The notes under the pieces are model-generated. The model worked only from the letters and a program-made list of their open reading frames with translations, ran no database searches and was not told the origin of the DNA. Both the position numbers and the translations under genes were made by a program. From contig JACQXE010000005.1 of assembly GCA_016208915.1 (NCBI GenBank), positions 2,177 through 66,176 of the forward strand: 64,000 nt of DNA, in the 5' to 3' direction. This stretch comes from Nitrospirota bacterium (GTDB lineage: Bacteria; Nitrospirota; Thermodesulfovibrionia; Thermodesulfovibrionales; UBA1546). This document shows, piece after piece, positions 45,463-53,956 of the stretch. Every line of letters starts with the position of its first letter. Position 1 is the first letter of the stretch.

Positions 45463-45590
45463 GGCTAACAACTGGGTTTGCGACGCTTCAATTTCCAGAT
45501 GTAACGTTGGGGGCGCTCCATGTGCCCGTTCTATTTTTGAGATTAAGATTGACCTTAGTAGCCACACGGCGCAAACCTACAACGTTAGCC
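45463..45590 (+). mobile_element. attC site 1 (128 bp)
   Basis: R'' GGCTAAC, L'' GGTTTGCG, L' CGCAAACC, R' GTTAGCC. Confidence 0.75.
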
Positions 45591-45616
45591 GAAACCCTAC
45601 TAGGAGAATGGATTAA

Positions 45617-46645
45617 ATGACAAAGTTGCCAGGACATCTTATCTTATCGGATAAAATATATGAGCTAACTGCCTCAGAAGCGACTGGAGGCAGAGCTTTT
45701 GATAGGGACTTGCTCGACTACACCGTAAAGGGCATTAATCCCTTATCCGACTCGGATAAATGGACTACTCGACTTGGAATGAGCACTGAACTTGTTGAAG
45801 ACTTTCCAAGCTTTAAAGAAGCCGTACCTCTTGAATGGATACTTTTCAGGTTTTTATGTCATTTTGTTCGTACAAACTCTATTCGTATTCTTTCCGGTAA
45901 TAATGGGCAGGTTTTAACAACTACAAACTACAAAGATTATTTGGGTCATGAACCCTCCGAAAAAGAATCTGATCAGATATTACGTAGTGTATTGGGGTCG
46001 TGGATACGCGTATTCCCTGAAAAGAGTATATCACTGTGTGATATCTATGTCTCCACTGATATGACTATTGATCAATTAAAACGCGGCATTAATTCTCTTA
46101 AATTCTTAAAACATGTTGAAGAAACCGAAGAATATTTATATAAAATAAAACCTAGTATTTTCGATGACCGCCTTTTTTCTAAGGGGGTGTTTTCTCTGGA
46201 TAGAATAACTAATCGCTATTATCAAGAAATTAGGATTGAAGCAACAGAACCATTTTGTTTTGTCATAATGCCATTCAAAGAGGATGAATTTCCGCAAAGA
46301 ATTTATATAAAGGTAATTAAACCCTTTGTTGAAGACCAATTTAAAATCAAGTGCTATAGAGTTGATGAGGACAATTTACCTGATCGTATTGACAACAAAA
46401 TATATACTTATCTTCTTCACTCAGCATTTGTAATCGCAGAAGTCACAACGTTGAATCCAAATGTTTTTTACGAGTTGGGGTTAGCACACATGCTCGAAAA
46501 GGACTGTATTATTCTTAGCAATGCGCCTATATCACAAATACCTTTTGACATAAACAGGATTAGAGCTGAACATTATGATAATGACGAGCAGTTGATTACA
46601 ATTTTAGGGAAGTCTATATCCGCTCTTGCTTTTAAAGGCAGATAG
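45617..46645 (+). CDS. Cassette 2: protein with C-terminal TIR-like/nucleoside 2-deoxyribosyltransferase-like domain
   Basis: FCFVIMPF...YRVDE...VIAEVTTLNPNVFYELGLAH...IPFDI. Confidence 0.75.
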   Translation: MTKLPGHLILSDKIYELTASEATGGRAFDRDLLDYTVKGINPLSDSDKWTTRLGMSTELVEDFPSFKEAVPLEWILFRFLCHFVRTNSIRILSGNNGQVLTTTNYKDYLGHEPSEKESDQILRSVLGSWIRVFPEKSISLCDIYVSTDMTIDQLKRGINSLKFLKHVEETEEYLYKIKPSIFDDRLFSKGVFSLDRITNRYYQEIRIEATEPFCFVIMPFKEDEFPQRIYIKVIKPFVEDQFKIKCYRVDEDNLPDRIDNKIYTYLLHSAFVIAEVTTLNPNVFYELGLAHMLEKDCIILSNAPISQIPFDINRIRAEHYDNDEQLITILGKSISALAFKGR

Positions 46646-46651
46646 GGCTTT

Positions 46652-46719
46652 GGCTAACACGCCACAAAAGATAGATTGTCCAAAGGCTACGCCCTTCTTT
46701 TGTGGCGGAAACGTTGTGC
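46652..46719 (+). mobile_element. attC site 2 (68 bp)
   Basis: R'' GGCTAAC, CGCCACAAAAG / CTTTTGTGGCG, R' GTTGTGC. Confidence 0.75.
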
Positions 46720-46758
46720 GCTCATTGGTCACCAAAGTAATTATGTTCAGAGAAATAT

Positions 46759-47067
46759 ATGGAAATAGAGGGAATAAAGGTTAAAATAAACATAGGTGAG
46801 TATAGGTTTTCTGATCATGCTGTGAAAAGGATGATCAAGCGGTCTATTGATCGAGCAGAGATAGAAGATGCAGTATTATCTGGTGAGATTATAGAAGAAT
46901 ATCCCGATGACAAATATTCACCGAGCTGCCTCATTTATGGAAGAACGAAATCTGGCAGACATCTCCATGTTCAGCTTTCACTTCCACCGGCAGTGGTGGT
47001 TATTACAGCTTATGATCCGGATAAATCGGAATGGATAGATTATAAGGTTAGGAGGCCAAAGGAATGA
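46759..47067 (+). CDS. Cassette 3: DUF4258 family putative RNase toxin
   Basis: FSDHAVKRM...GEIIEEYPDDKYSPSCLIYG...HLHV...ITAYDP. Confidence 0.85.
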   Translation: MEIEGIKVKINIGEYRFSDHAVKRMIKRSIDRAEIEDAVLSGEIIEEYPDDKYSPSCLIYGRTKSGRHLHVQLSLPPAVVVITAYDPDKSEWIDYKVRRPKE

Positions 47068-47297
47068 AATGCGTTTTTTGTGGCGGAGAAACTAAAAAAA
47101 TGTCGGTTACCTTCAGTTATGAAGAGGAAGGCAAGTTTTTTCTTGTCGAACATGTGCCCGCTGAAGTTTGCGAACAATGTGGGGAGAAAACCTATTCTCC
47201 CAATGTTACTGATGAGTTATTGAAGTTCGCAAAAGACAAATTTAAACCTGTTAAAAAACTTGAAGTTCCTGTCTTTGATTTTGCTGAAAGTTGTTGA
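47064..47297 (+). CDS. Cassette 3: YgiT-type zinc-finger putative antitoxin
   Basis: MKCVFCGG...VPAEVCEQCGE; ATGA overlap with the toxin. Confidence 0.85.
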   Translation: MKCVFCGGETKKMSVTFSYEEEGKFFLVEHVPAEVCEQCGEKTYSPNVTDELLKFAKDKFKPVKKLEVPVFDFAESC

Positions 47298-47314
47298 TGC
47301 AGTTGACCAACGGA

Positions 47315-47381
47315 ACATAAGATAGCGGAAAAGACTTACGTCCAAACCTGTCGGGCTTCTTTTGTGCCCATAACGTTAAAC
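47315..47381 (+). mobile_element. Degenerate attC site 3
   Basis: Aligns with attC2 (AAAAGA, GTCCAAA, CTTCTTTTGTG, ACGTT..CGCTCATTG); R'' reads ACATAAG, R' GTTAAAC. Confidence 0.6.
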
Positions 47382-47442
47382 GCTCATTGCGGGCAAAGGG
47401 GAAAATCATAAATGCCTGATAAAGGCCGAAATAAAAAATGAA

Positions 47443-47655
47443 ATGAGCAGAGACATAACAAACTTTGGATGGATTATTGTATCGCTGGTACTTGTTGGCT
47501 CTGGTATCAGGCATATAATAGTGCAAGAAATACACGGGCGTATTATAATGGCTGGCAAGCCTCCCATTTGGGAAGGATGGCCGGTTATTATGATTGGCGT
47601 TACTGAAGTTGCAGCCGGCATTTTGCTTTTATATATAATGATTAGAAAGACATGA
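47443..47655 (+). CDS. Cassette 4: small 2-TM hypothetical protein (no downstream attC seen)
   Basis: Two hydrophobic segments; follows R' GTTAAAC. Confidence 0.5.
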   Translation: MSRDITNFGWIIVSLVLVGSGIRHIIVQEIHGRIIMAGKPPIWEGWPVIMIGVTEVAAGILLLYIMIRKT

Positions 47656-47660
47656 TAGGC

Positions 47661-48569
47661 CTACCCAGCCCTCTTCCATCTCCTGTGAATCCAGAGCCAT
47701 TCTGAAGGGTATGCTTTGATGTAATCTTCTATAAAACCTGAGAATCTTTTTGTATCCTCAACCACTGCCTTTTCCTTATCAGAAATCTCTGACAGTTTCA
47801 CCTCAGGATGTATCTTCATTACATGCCCCTTATCAGTTCTGTGGATAAATGTAGGCAGAACTGCTGCGCCTGTTTTCATTGCAATGAGCGCAGGCATCTT
47901 TGTTGTCCATGCCTTTCTCCCTATAAAATCTATTGTATATCCTTCATTAGGCAACACTGCCTGATCCATGAGAATTCCGACACAACCGCCTTGCCTGAGT
48001 CTCTGTATTATTTCCCTTAATGCCCCTTTTTTATAAATTACGCTGTTACCGTATCTCTCCCTTGTCTTTTCTATAAATCTGTTGATATAAAGATTATTAA
48101 AAGGCCTTGCAACACCAGCCACTCTCGAAAGTTTCACAGATGTAGCAATAGCCATGAGTTCCCAGTTTCCGCAGTGCCCTGTTATAAATAAAACCCCCTT
48201 GCCTTTTGCCTTGGCCTGATTGAAATTCTCAATGCCCTTAATCTCCACTGAATCTATTATTTTTTCCCCTAATCCGTAGTAAATTTTAATTACCTCAATA
48301 AAGGATTTGCCGAGATTTTTAAAGGTCTCCTTTGCAATATTTATAGCTGATGGCTGACTGTCCGCCTCGGCGGATCCGCCTGGGGCTGGACTGATAGCTG
48401 ATAGCATAATATTCTCAATCGCAATCTTCCTCCTGCTTCCCCATATATAAAAAAGAAAAAGGCCGAGAATCTCCCCGACCTTTATCGAAAACCTGAATGG
48501 CAGCATTGCTAATGGTATGGATAGGAGAATAAATAAACCTGTCTCAAAAAGCCATGCCAGCCTTTTCAT
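47661..48569 (-). CDS. Lipid A late acyltransferase (LpxL/HtrB family)
   Basis: GHCGNWE, LMDQ, WLWIHRRWK. Confidence 0.9.
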   Translation of the reverse strand: MKRLAWLFETGLFILLSIPLAMLPFRFSIKVGEILGLFLFYIWGSRRKIAIENIMLSAISPAPGGSAEADSQPSAINIAKETFKNLGKSFIEVIKIYYGLGEKIIDSVEIKGIENFNQAKAKGKGVLFITGHCGNWELMAIATSVKLSRVAGVARPFNNLYINRFIEKTRERYGNSVIYKKGALREIIQRLRQGGCVGILMDQAVLPNEGYTIDFIGRKAWTTKMPALIAMKTGAAVLPTFIHRTDKGHVMKIHPEVKLSEISDKEKAVVEDTKRFSGFIEDYIKAYPSEWLWIHRRWKRAG

Positions 48570-50983
48570 TTATTGTTTTCGTTTTTGTCTTTCTCTTCTT
48601 CTTTTTTCTCCTTAAGCGCCGCTGATATCTCTGCAAGTCGTTTTGTCACGAGATGATTAACAGTGTTCTCTGGATATGTTTCGTCGTCTCTGAGCTCGCC
48701 GGCCGGCATGCCTGTAAGTATCTCAAGTCCTTCCTCCATCTTATCAATAGGATATATTGTAAACTTGCCCTCTTTGACAGCATCCACCACATCCTTCTTG
48801 ATCATCAGATGCCTGACATTTCTCCGAGGTATCATTACTCCGTGGCTTCCATCAAGTCCTCTCAGCCTGCATAATTCAAAAAAACCTTCTATTTTTTCAT
48901 TAACGCCGCCTATTGGCTGGACATCTCCATTCTGATCCATAGAGCCTGTAACTGCAATGTTCTGTTTAAGAGGGATATTCGCTATACTGCTGAGCAGCGC
49001 ATACAATTCTGCGCATGATGCGCTGTCTCCCTCCACCATATCATAAAGCTGTTCAAACGTGATGGATGCTGAAAGGCTTATCGGCTTCTTGGTAGCATAT
49101 TTGCTTCCGAGGTAGTTTGTAATGATGAGTATCGCTTTTTCATGTATCTTGCCGCTCATCTTTATTTCCCGTTCTATATTCACAACTCCTGCTTTCCCGG
49201 CATAAGTCTTTGCAGTTATCCTCGAAGGCTTTCCAAAGCTGTAATCCCCGAGATCCAGAACAGCAAGACCATTAACCTGTCCCACCTTATCACCTGAAGT
49301 CTCAACGATAAGCGTGCCTTCAGCTATCATCTCGCGAAGCCTTTCTTCTATCCTGTTGTTCCTGAAAATCCTTTCATTTATCGCTTCTTCAACATGCTTG
49401 TCCATTACAACTCTGCTGTTAGATTTTGCCGCCCAGTAATGAGATTCCCTGATAACATCAGTGATTTCGCTGAATTTTGAAGACAGCTTCTCCTGATGTT
49501 CAGCGAGCCTTGAGCCATACTCAACTATCTTTGCAACCCCTGTCCTGTCAAATGGAAAGAGTTTTTCTTCCCTGCATTTTGCAGCTATGAAAGAGGCATA
49601 CCTGTTCATGTTGTCTTCGGTCTTCGGCATCCTGCTGTCAAAATCTGCCTTGACTTTGAAAAGCTCTCTGTATTCTTCATCGAGATTATAAAGCAGATAA
49701 TACAGATTCGGACTGCCCACAAGTATCACCTTAACATTCAGAGGTATCGCCTCGGGTCTCAACGTAGTGGTAGATACGAGTCTGTACTGCTCCCATACAT
49801 CTTCTATTCGCATCTCTCTGTTACGTATAGCCCGTTTCATTGCATCATAGGCAAATATATTTCTCAAGAGGTCCAGGACATTGATAACAATATATCCGCC
49901 GTTAGCCTTGTGCATAGAGCCTGCCTTTATCATCGAAAAATCAGTTATTGCAATGCCGTACTGGATTTTATGCTCGATTCTCCCAAAAAGATTGAAATAT
50001 GTCGGATTGCTCTCGAATACCACAGGAGCGCCTTTAGAGTCTTTGTTATTTACAAGGGCATTCACTGTATATCTCGTAAATGTTGGTTCAGCCTTTGGCA
50101 TCTTCATAAATGTCAGGGCAGGCGCCTGTTCTTCCTGTGTCTTAAAATCATCGATATGCCCGAGTATGTCTTCCTTAACAGTCTCAAGATAGACTATGAT
50201 CTTGTCATTATCCATATATTTATTCTTGATTTCATCTATGAGATGTCCGACCACAGAAAGCGCAGCCTCACGCTCAAGCCTGCTGAGCAGATACTTAACA
50301 AGTTTTTCTCCATCTCTCAAAGCTCTGACAATGTCATCGAGTTTTTCCTGCAACGCCTTGCCGAGATCCTCTATCTTCTTCTTTGTCTTAGCATCGAGCG
50401 CCTCAAATTCCTCTTCATTCAAGGGTTCTCCTGTTTTTTTGATAGGCACGATCATAAGTCCACTGACAGTCTTCCTGACAGAAAAGCCCTTTGCTTGAGC
50501 CTCATCATCCAGAACAGAAAAGAGATCTTTCTGTTTTTTCTGGAACTCCTCGAGAATAAGGTTTTTCTGTTTTTCGTATTCCTTGGATTCAAAGACCTTT
50601 GGTATCTCTGCCCTGAGTATCTTTATCAGTTCCTCCATGTCTTTCTGAAAGGCAACAGCCCTGCCCGGCTCAAGAGATATTGCTATCGGAGCATCAGGGT
50701 CTTTGAAATTATAGACATAGCACCAGTCAGACGGAACAGGTTCATTAAGAGACTGTTTTGTGAGGATAGACCTGATAGTGCTCATTTTGCCTGTGCCGTT
50801 TTCCCCTAAGATAAATATATTGAATCCTGAGTTGTTAAGACTTATGCCAAAGTCCAGCGACTTTAGCGCCCTCTCCTGCCCTATCGTTCCCTCGAGTGAA
50901 GGCAGTTCTTCTGTTGTATTGAATTTGAAGATATTCAGGTCACAACACTTATAAAGCTCTTCAATGCTTAATTTGATAGGCAT
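48566..50983 (-). CDS. Lon-like ATP-dependent protease (LonC-type)
   Basis: GENGTGK, HKANGGY, VEGDSASCAELY, GGVNEKIEGF. Confidence 0.9.
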   Translation of the reverse strand: MPIKLSIEELYKCCDLNIFKFNTTEELPSLEGTIGQERALKSLDFGISLNNSGFNIFILGENGTGKMSTIRSILTKQSLNEPVPSDWCYVYNFKDPDAPIAISLEPGRAVAFQKDMEELIKILRAEIPKVFESKEYEKQKNLILEEFQKKQKDLFSVLDDEAQAKGFSVRKTVSGLMIVPIKKTGEPLNEEEFEALDAKTKKKIEDLGKALQEKLDDIVRALRDGEKLVKYLLSRLEREAALSVVGHLIDEIKNKYMDNDKIIVYLETVKEDILGHIDDFKTQEEQAPALTFMKMPKAEPTFTRYTVNALVNNKDSKGAPVVFESNPTYFNLFGRIEHKIQYGIAITDFSMIKAGSMHKANGGYIVINVLDLLRNIFAYDAMKRAIRNREMRIEDVWEQYRLVSTTTLRPEAIPLNVKVILVGSPNLYYLLYNLDEEYRELFKVKADFDSRMPKTEDNMNRYASFIAAKCREEKLFPFDRTGVAKIVEYGSRLAEHQEKLSSKFSEITDVIRESHYWAAKSNSRVVMDKHVEEAINERIFRNNRIEERLREMIAEGTLIVETSGDKVGQVNGLAVLDLGDYSFGKPSRITAKTYAGKAGVVNIEREIKMSGKIHEKAILIITNYLGSKYATKKPISLSASITFEQLYDMVEGDSASCAELYALLSSIANIPLKQNIAVTGSMDQNGDVQPIGGVNEKIEGFFELCRLRGLDGSHGVMIPRRNVRHLMIKKDVVDAVKEGKFTIYPIDKMEEGLEILTGMPAGELRDDETYPENTVNHLVTKRLAEISAALKEKKEEEKDKNENNK

Positions 50984-51057
50984 TCCCTTCCTCCATATAC
51001 AAGATTATTATATTTAAGAAAAAATTTAACATAAAAAGAAAAATTAATAAAGTGCAG

Positions 51058-51930
51058 CTATGCCCTCGGATGATGCTCAGAATAGACCTTTCTGATCCTT
51101 TCTGTCGATACCTTTGTATATATCTGTGTTGTTGATATATCTGAATGGCCGAGCATCTTCTGCACTGACCTGAGATCAGCGCCCCCTTCAAGCAGATGCG
51201 TTGCAAAACAGTGTCTCAGTGTATGGGGTGAAAGCTCCACGCCGACCTGCCTGCCGCATTCCTTTATTGTCTGCCAGAAGCGCTGCCTTGTCATTGGCTT
51301 TCCCCTGTTTGTCACAAATAGATAGTCTGAACTCCTTTTTTTCAGGAGTTCAGGCCTGAGTTCTTTTATATATCTCTTTGCCTTTTCGAGCGCCCTCAAA
51401 TTTGCAGGCACCACTCTCTCTTTTGATCCTTTTCCCATCACCCTCAGAAAACCTGCCTCAAAATTCATATCACCAAGTTTCAGCAAGACAAGCTCGCTGA
51501 CACGAAGACCCGAGGAATAAAGAAGTTCAAGCATTGCGGAATCCCGTAAAAAAGTAGCCTTTTCACCTCTCCTGTTAAGCAATGCCATAACATCTTTAAT
51601 ATTTAAAGCCTTGGGAAGCCTTTCCCATTTCTTCGGGGTCTGAAGATTTTCTGAAGGATCCTCACTGACAATCTTTTCTATCAGGAGATATTTGCAAAAC
51701 CCGCGTATGGATGATATAAACCTGCACATGCTTGATAAGGAATATCCTTTATCCTTTATTCTGCCAAGAAAACCTGTGATATCTTTTTTTGAAAATGAAT
51801 TAAGCGTCTTATCCTGTGAGGATAAAAATTTCTGAAAGAGCGCAATATCCCTTGAATACGACTCAACTGTATTTGTGGAGAGTCCTCTTTCTGCGGAGAT
51901 ATAAATAAGAAAATCTTTTAAAAGTTTCAT
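51058..51930 (-). CDS. xerD: Site-specific tyrosine recombinase XerD
   Basis: LYSSGLRVSEL, RQRFWQ, SPHTLRHCFATHLLEGGADLRSVQKMLGHSDISTTQIYT. Confidence 0.92.
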   Translation of the reverse strand: MKLLKDFLIYISAERGLSTNTVESYSRDIALFQKFLSSQDKTLNSFSKKDITGFLGRIKDKGYSLSSMCRFISSIRGFCKYLLIEKIVSEDPSENLQTPKKWERLPKALNIKDVMALLNRRGEKATFLRDSAMLELLYSSGLRVSELVLLKLGDMNFEAGFLRVMGKGSKERVVPANLRALEKAKRYIKELRPELLKKRSSDYLFVTNRGKPMTRQRFWQTIKECGRQVGVELSPHTLRHCFATHLLEGGADLRSVQKMLGHSDISTTQIYTKVSTERIRKVYSEHHPRA

Positions 51931-51993
51931 TGCTGATACCCTACCCTATGTCTTTGTATAAATCATAGAGTAGAACCGTTATTTTGTCCATTA

Positions 51994-52226
51994 TTACTTT
52001 TTAGGCGCCTCTGAAGGAACTGGAGATAATGAGACAGGCGCTGCTGTTTTTCTCTCATCCATACTGCTGAATATCTTTAATCCTTTAGTAGTGCCTGGGG
52101 TCTGCTTTTGATGCATGGCAAATGGCACAGAATTCAGGCATCTTTGATGTATCTGCCCTCAGATACTTGTAATAGTGAGATCAGAGACAGGATGAAAATA
52201 CAGACAGTAAAAAACCTTACAACCAT
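51994..52226 (-). pseudogene. Degraded exported c-type cytochrome gene
   Basis: AAAGGAGG RBS, signal peptide MVVRFFTVCIFILSLISLLQVSE, then CAICH in a shifted frame; early stops. Confidence 0.5.
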
Positions 52227-52386
52227 AAGCAAACCTCCTTTGAAATTAGAATTGTGCTCTATTATACTTATTCGTTTTTTTTCCTCAACAGAAAATAAGA
52301 ATCTCTTCAGAATCCTGAACTTCTTCTTGATAATTAATAATCGATTGAATTTATCATTACTTTCTGGTATATTTTTAGCACTTGTG

Positions 52387-52917
52387 ATGGAAGACAGAGA
52401 AAAAAAATATCTGCTTGAAGCAATCCTGCTTATCGCAGGAGAGCCTCTTGGTGTTTCAGCGCTCAAAGAAGCGACAGAAATTCCAGATGCAGAAATCGAG
52501 AAAATAATGTCAGAACTCATATCTGATTACAGAGAGAGAAATGGCGGAATCCTTATTGCAGAGATAGCAAACGGCTATCAGATGATAACAAACCCTGAGT
52601 ATGCCGCGTGGCTCAGAAAATTTAAGGCATCCAGCACCTTAGTCAAGCTTTCATTGCCTGCCCTTGAGACTCTTTCAATAATTGCCTACAAGCAGCCGCT
52701 CATCAAGGCTGAGATAGAACAGCTCAGAGGCGTAAATGCAGACGGTGTCGTCAAGACGCTTCTCGACAGAAGATTGATAAAGATAATGGGAAGAAAAGAA
52801 GCACCCGGCAGACCGCTGCTCTATGGAACAACAAAGGAATTCCTTCAGTACTTCGGACTGAAAGATCTTACTGAACTGCCGACCCTCAAGGATATAGAAA
52901 GGGAAGAGGCAGCATAA
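52387..52917 (+). CDS. scpB: SMC-Scp complex subunit ScpB
   Basis: LEAILL, ALETLSIIAYKQP, RGVN, GRPLLYGTT. Confidence 0.93.
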   Translation: MEDREKKYLLEAILLIAGEPLGVSALKEATEIPDAEIEKIMSELISDYRERNGGILIAEIANGYQMITNPEYAAWLRKFKASSTLVKLSLPALETLSIIAYKQPLIKAEIEQLRGVNADGVVKTLLDRRLIKIMGRKEAPGRPLLYGTTKEFLQYFGLKDLTELPTLKDIEREEAA

Positions 52918-52979
52918 TGATAAAGAGAGACAATATGAAACATTCATGTCGACAAATCGGTACAAGTGGGAATGAAAAT

Positions 52980-53059
52980 GTCATTCCCGCTTGTCGGGAA
53001 TCTTTCTTGAAAAAGGATGCTGGACCTGCCTACCGGACAGGCAGGCAAGCCAGCATGAC
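52980..53059. repeat. REP-like GTCAT...ATGAC palindromic element with nested CCTGCC...GGCAGG palindrome
   Basis: GTCATTCCCGCTTGTCGGGAATC...GGATGCTGGA[CCTGCCTACCGGACAGGCAGG]CAAGCCAGCATGAC. Confidence 0.7.
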
Positions 53060-53077
53060 AAAGAGGGGGATTCTCAT

Positions 53078-53956
53078 ATGAAAAGATTTTGCCTTGTTGC
53101 TGCAATATTATTAGTTTTTCCAGTTTATGCTAATGCAGATGTTACATACACAGTTAAAAAAGGAGATACGTTCTCTGCCATTTCCAAGAGACACAAAGTC
53201 AGCGTCAAGGAAATCCTTAAGCTTAATCATCTAAGAAAATCAGCGAAACTTAAGACAGGACAGAACCTGATAGTCAAAAGAACCGAGGCAGAAAAAGAAA
53301 ATATACAGCCACAAACATACACTGTCAGGAAAGGCGACACAATTTACAAGATTGCAAAAAAATTTAAGATGGATGTTGACGAGCTTAAAGATATCAATCT
53401 TCTTGATTCCGACAAGCTAAAGAAAGGACAGAAACTCCTGCTTGTTGCCGAGGAATTGCCTGCAGAAACAAAACAGATTAAAACAACAAAGGCCAATCTT
53501 GATGAAGAGATAAAGAATATATCAGAGTCAGAAGAACTCACCAGCCTCGACATGCAAGAAAGACTTATACTATTTTCAAAAAAGTTCCTGAACATCCCTT
53601 ATAAATTCGGCGGCAGCAGCAGCATGGGAATAGACTGCTCGGCTTATGTTCAAAAGGTCTACAGTCTCATAGGAATAAATCTGCCCCGTTCAGCAAGACT
53701 CCAGTTCAATGAGGGAGAATATATTAACAAGGACTCGCTCTCAATCGGTGATCTTGTATTTTTCAGAACCTATGCCTCATTCCCTTCGCATGTGGGTATA
53801 TATCTCGGCAATGATCTTTTCATACACGCATCCTCAAAGGATAAAAAAGTCAGTATCGACAACCTTAGCGCTCCTTATTATCTCAAAAGATTCATCGGAG
53901 CCAAAAGACTGCTTTTTGAAGATAAAGAGGATGAAAACATCCGGCCGGAAGGATAG
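53078..53956 (+). CDS. LysM-LysM-NlpC/P60 peptidoglycan endopeptidase
   Basis: Signal peptide from ATG 53078, two YTVxKGDT LysM domains, GIDCSAYV, HVGIY. Confidence 0.92.
   Translation: MKRFCLVAAILLVFPVYANADVTYTVKKGDTFSAISKRHKVSVKEILKLNHLRKSAKLKTGQNLIVKRTEAEKENIQPQTYTVRKGDTIYKIAKKFKMDVDELKDINLLDSDKLKKGQKLLLVAEELPAETKQIKTTKANLDEEIKNISESEELTSLDMQERLILFSKKFLNIPYKFGGSSSMGIDCSAYVQKVYSLIGINLPRSARLQFNEGEYINKDSLSIGDLVFFRTYASFPSHVGIYLGNDLFIHASSKDKKVSIDNLSAPYYLKRFIGAKRLLFEDKEDENIRPEG

Larger units (their letters stand above)
44897..47655 (+). mobile_element. Integron-like gene cassette array with no integrase in the window (CALIN-like), 4 cassettes
   Basis: Co-oriented ORFs, several AT-rich, separated by GGCTAAC...GTT-type imperfect palindromes. 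Confidence 0.75.

Noticed and set aside
49910..50809. 299-aa plus-strand ORF and the many other short antisense ORFs in the track
   Set aside because: Shadows of well-supported opposite-strand genes
51058..51930. Tyrosine recombinase 3.4 kb from the cassette array as the integron integrase
   Set aside because: Has XerD signatures (RQxFW, LRSVQKMLGH) and no IntI-specific insertion; housekeeping context
52108..53077. Extended N-termini for scpB (52108) and NlpC/P60 (52991)
   Set aside because: Extensions run through a pseudogene/promoter region and a REP element; recognisable protein starts at 52387 and 53078
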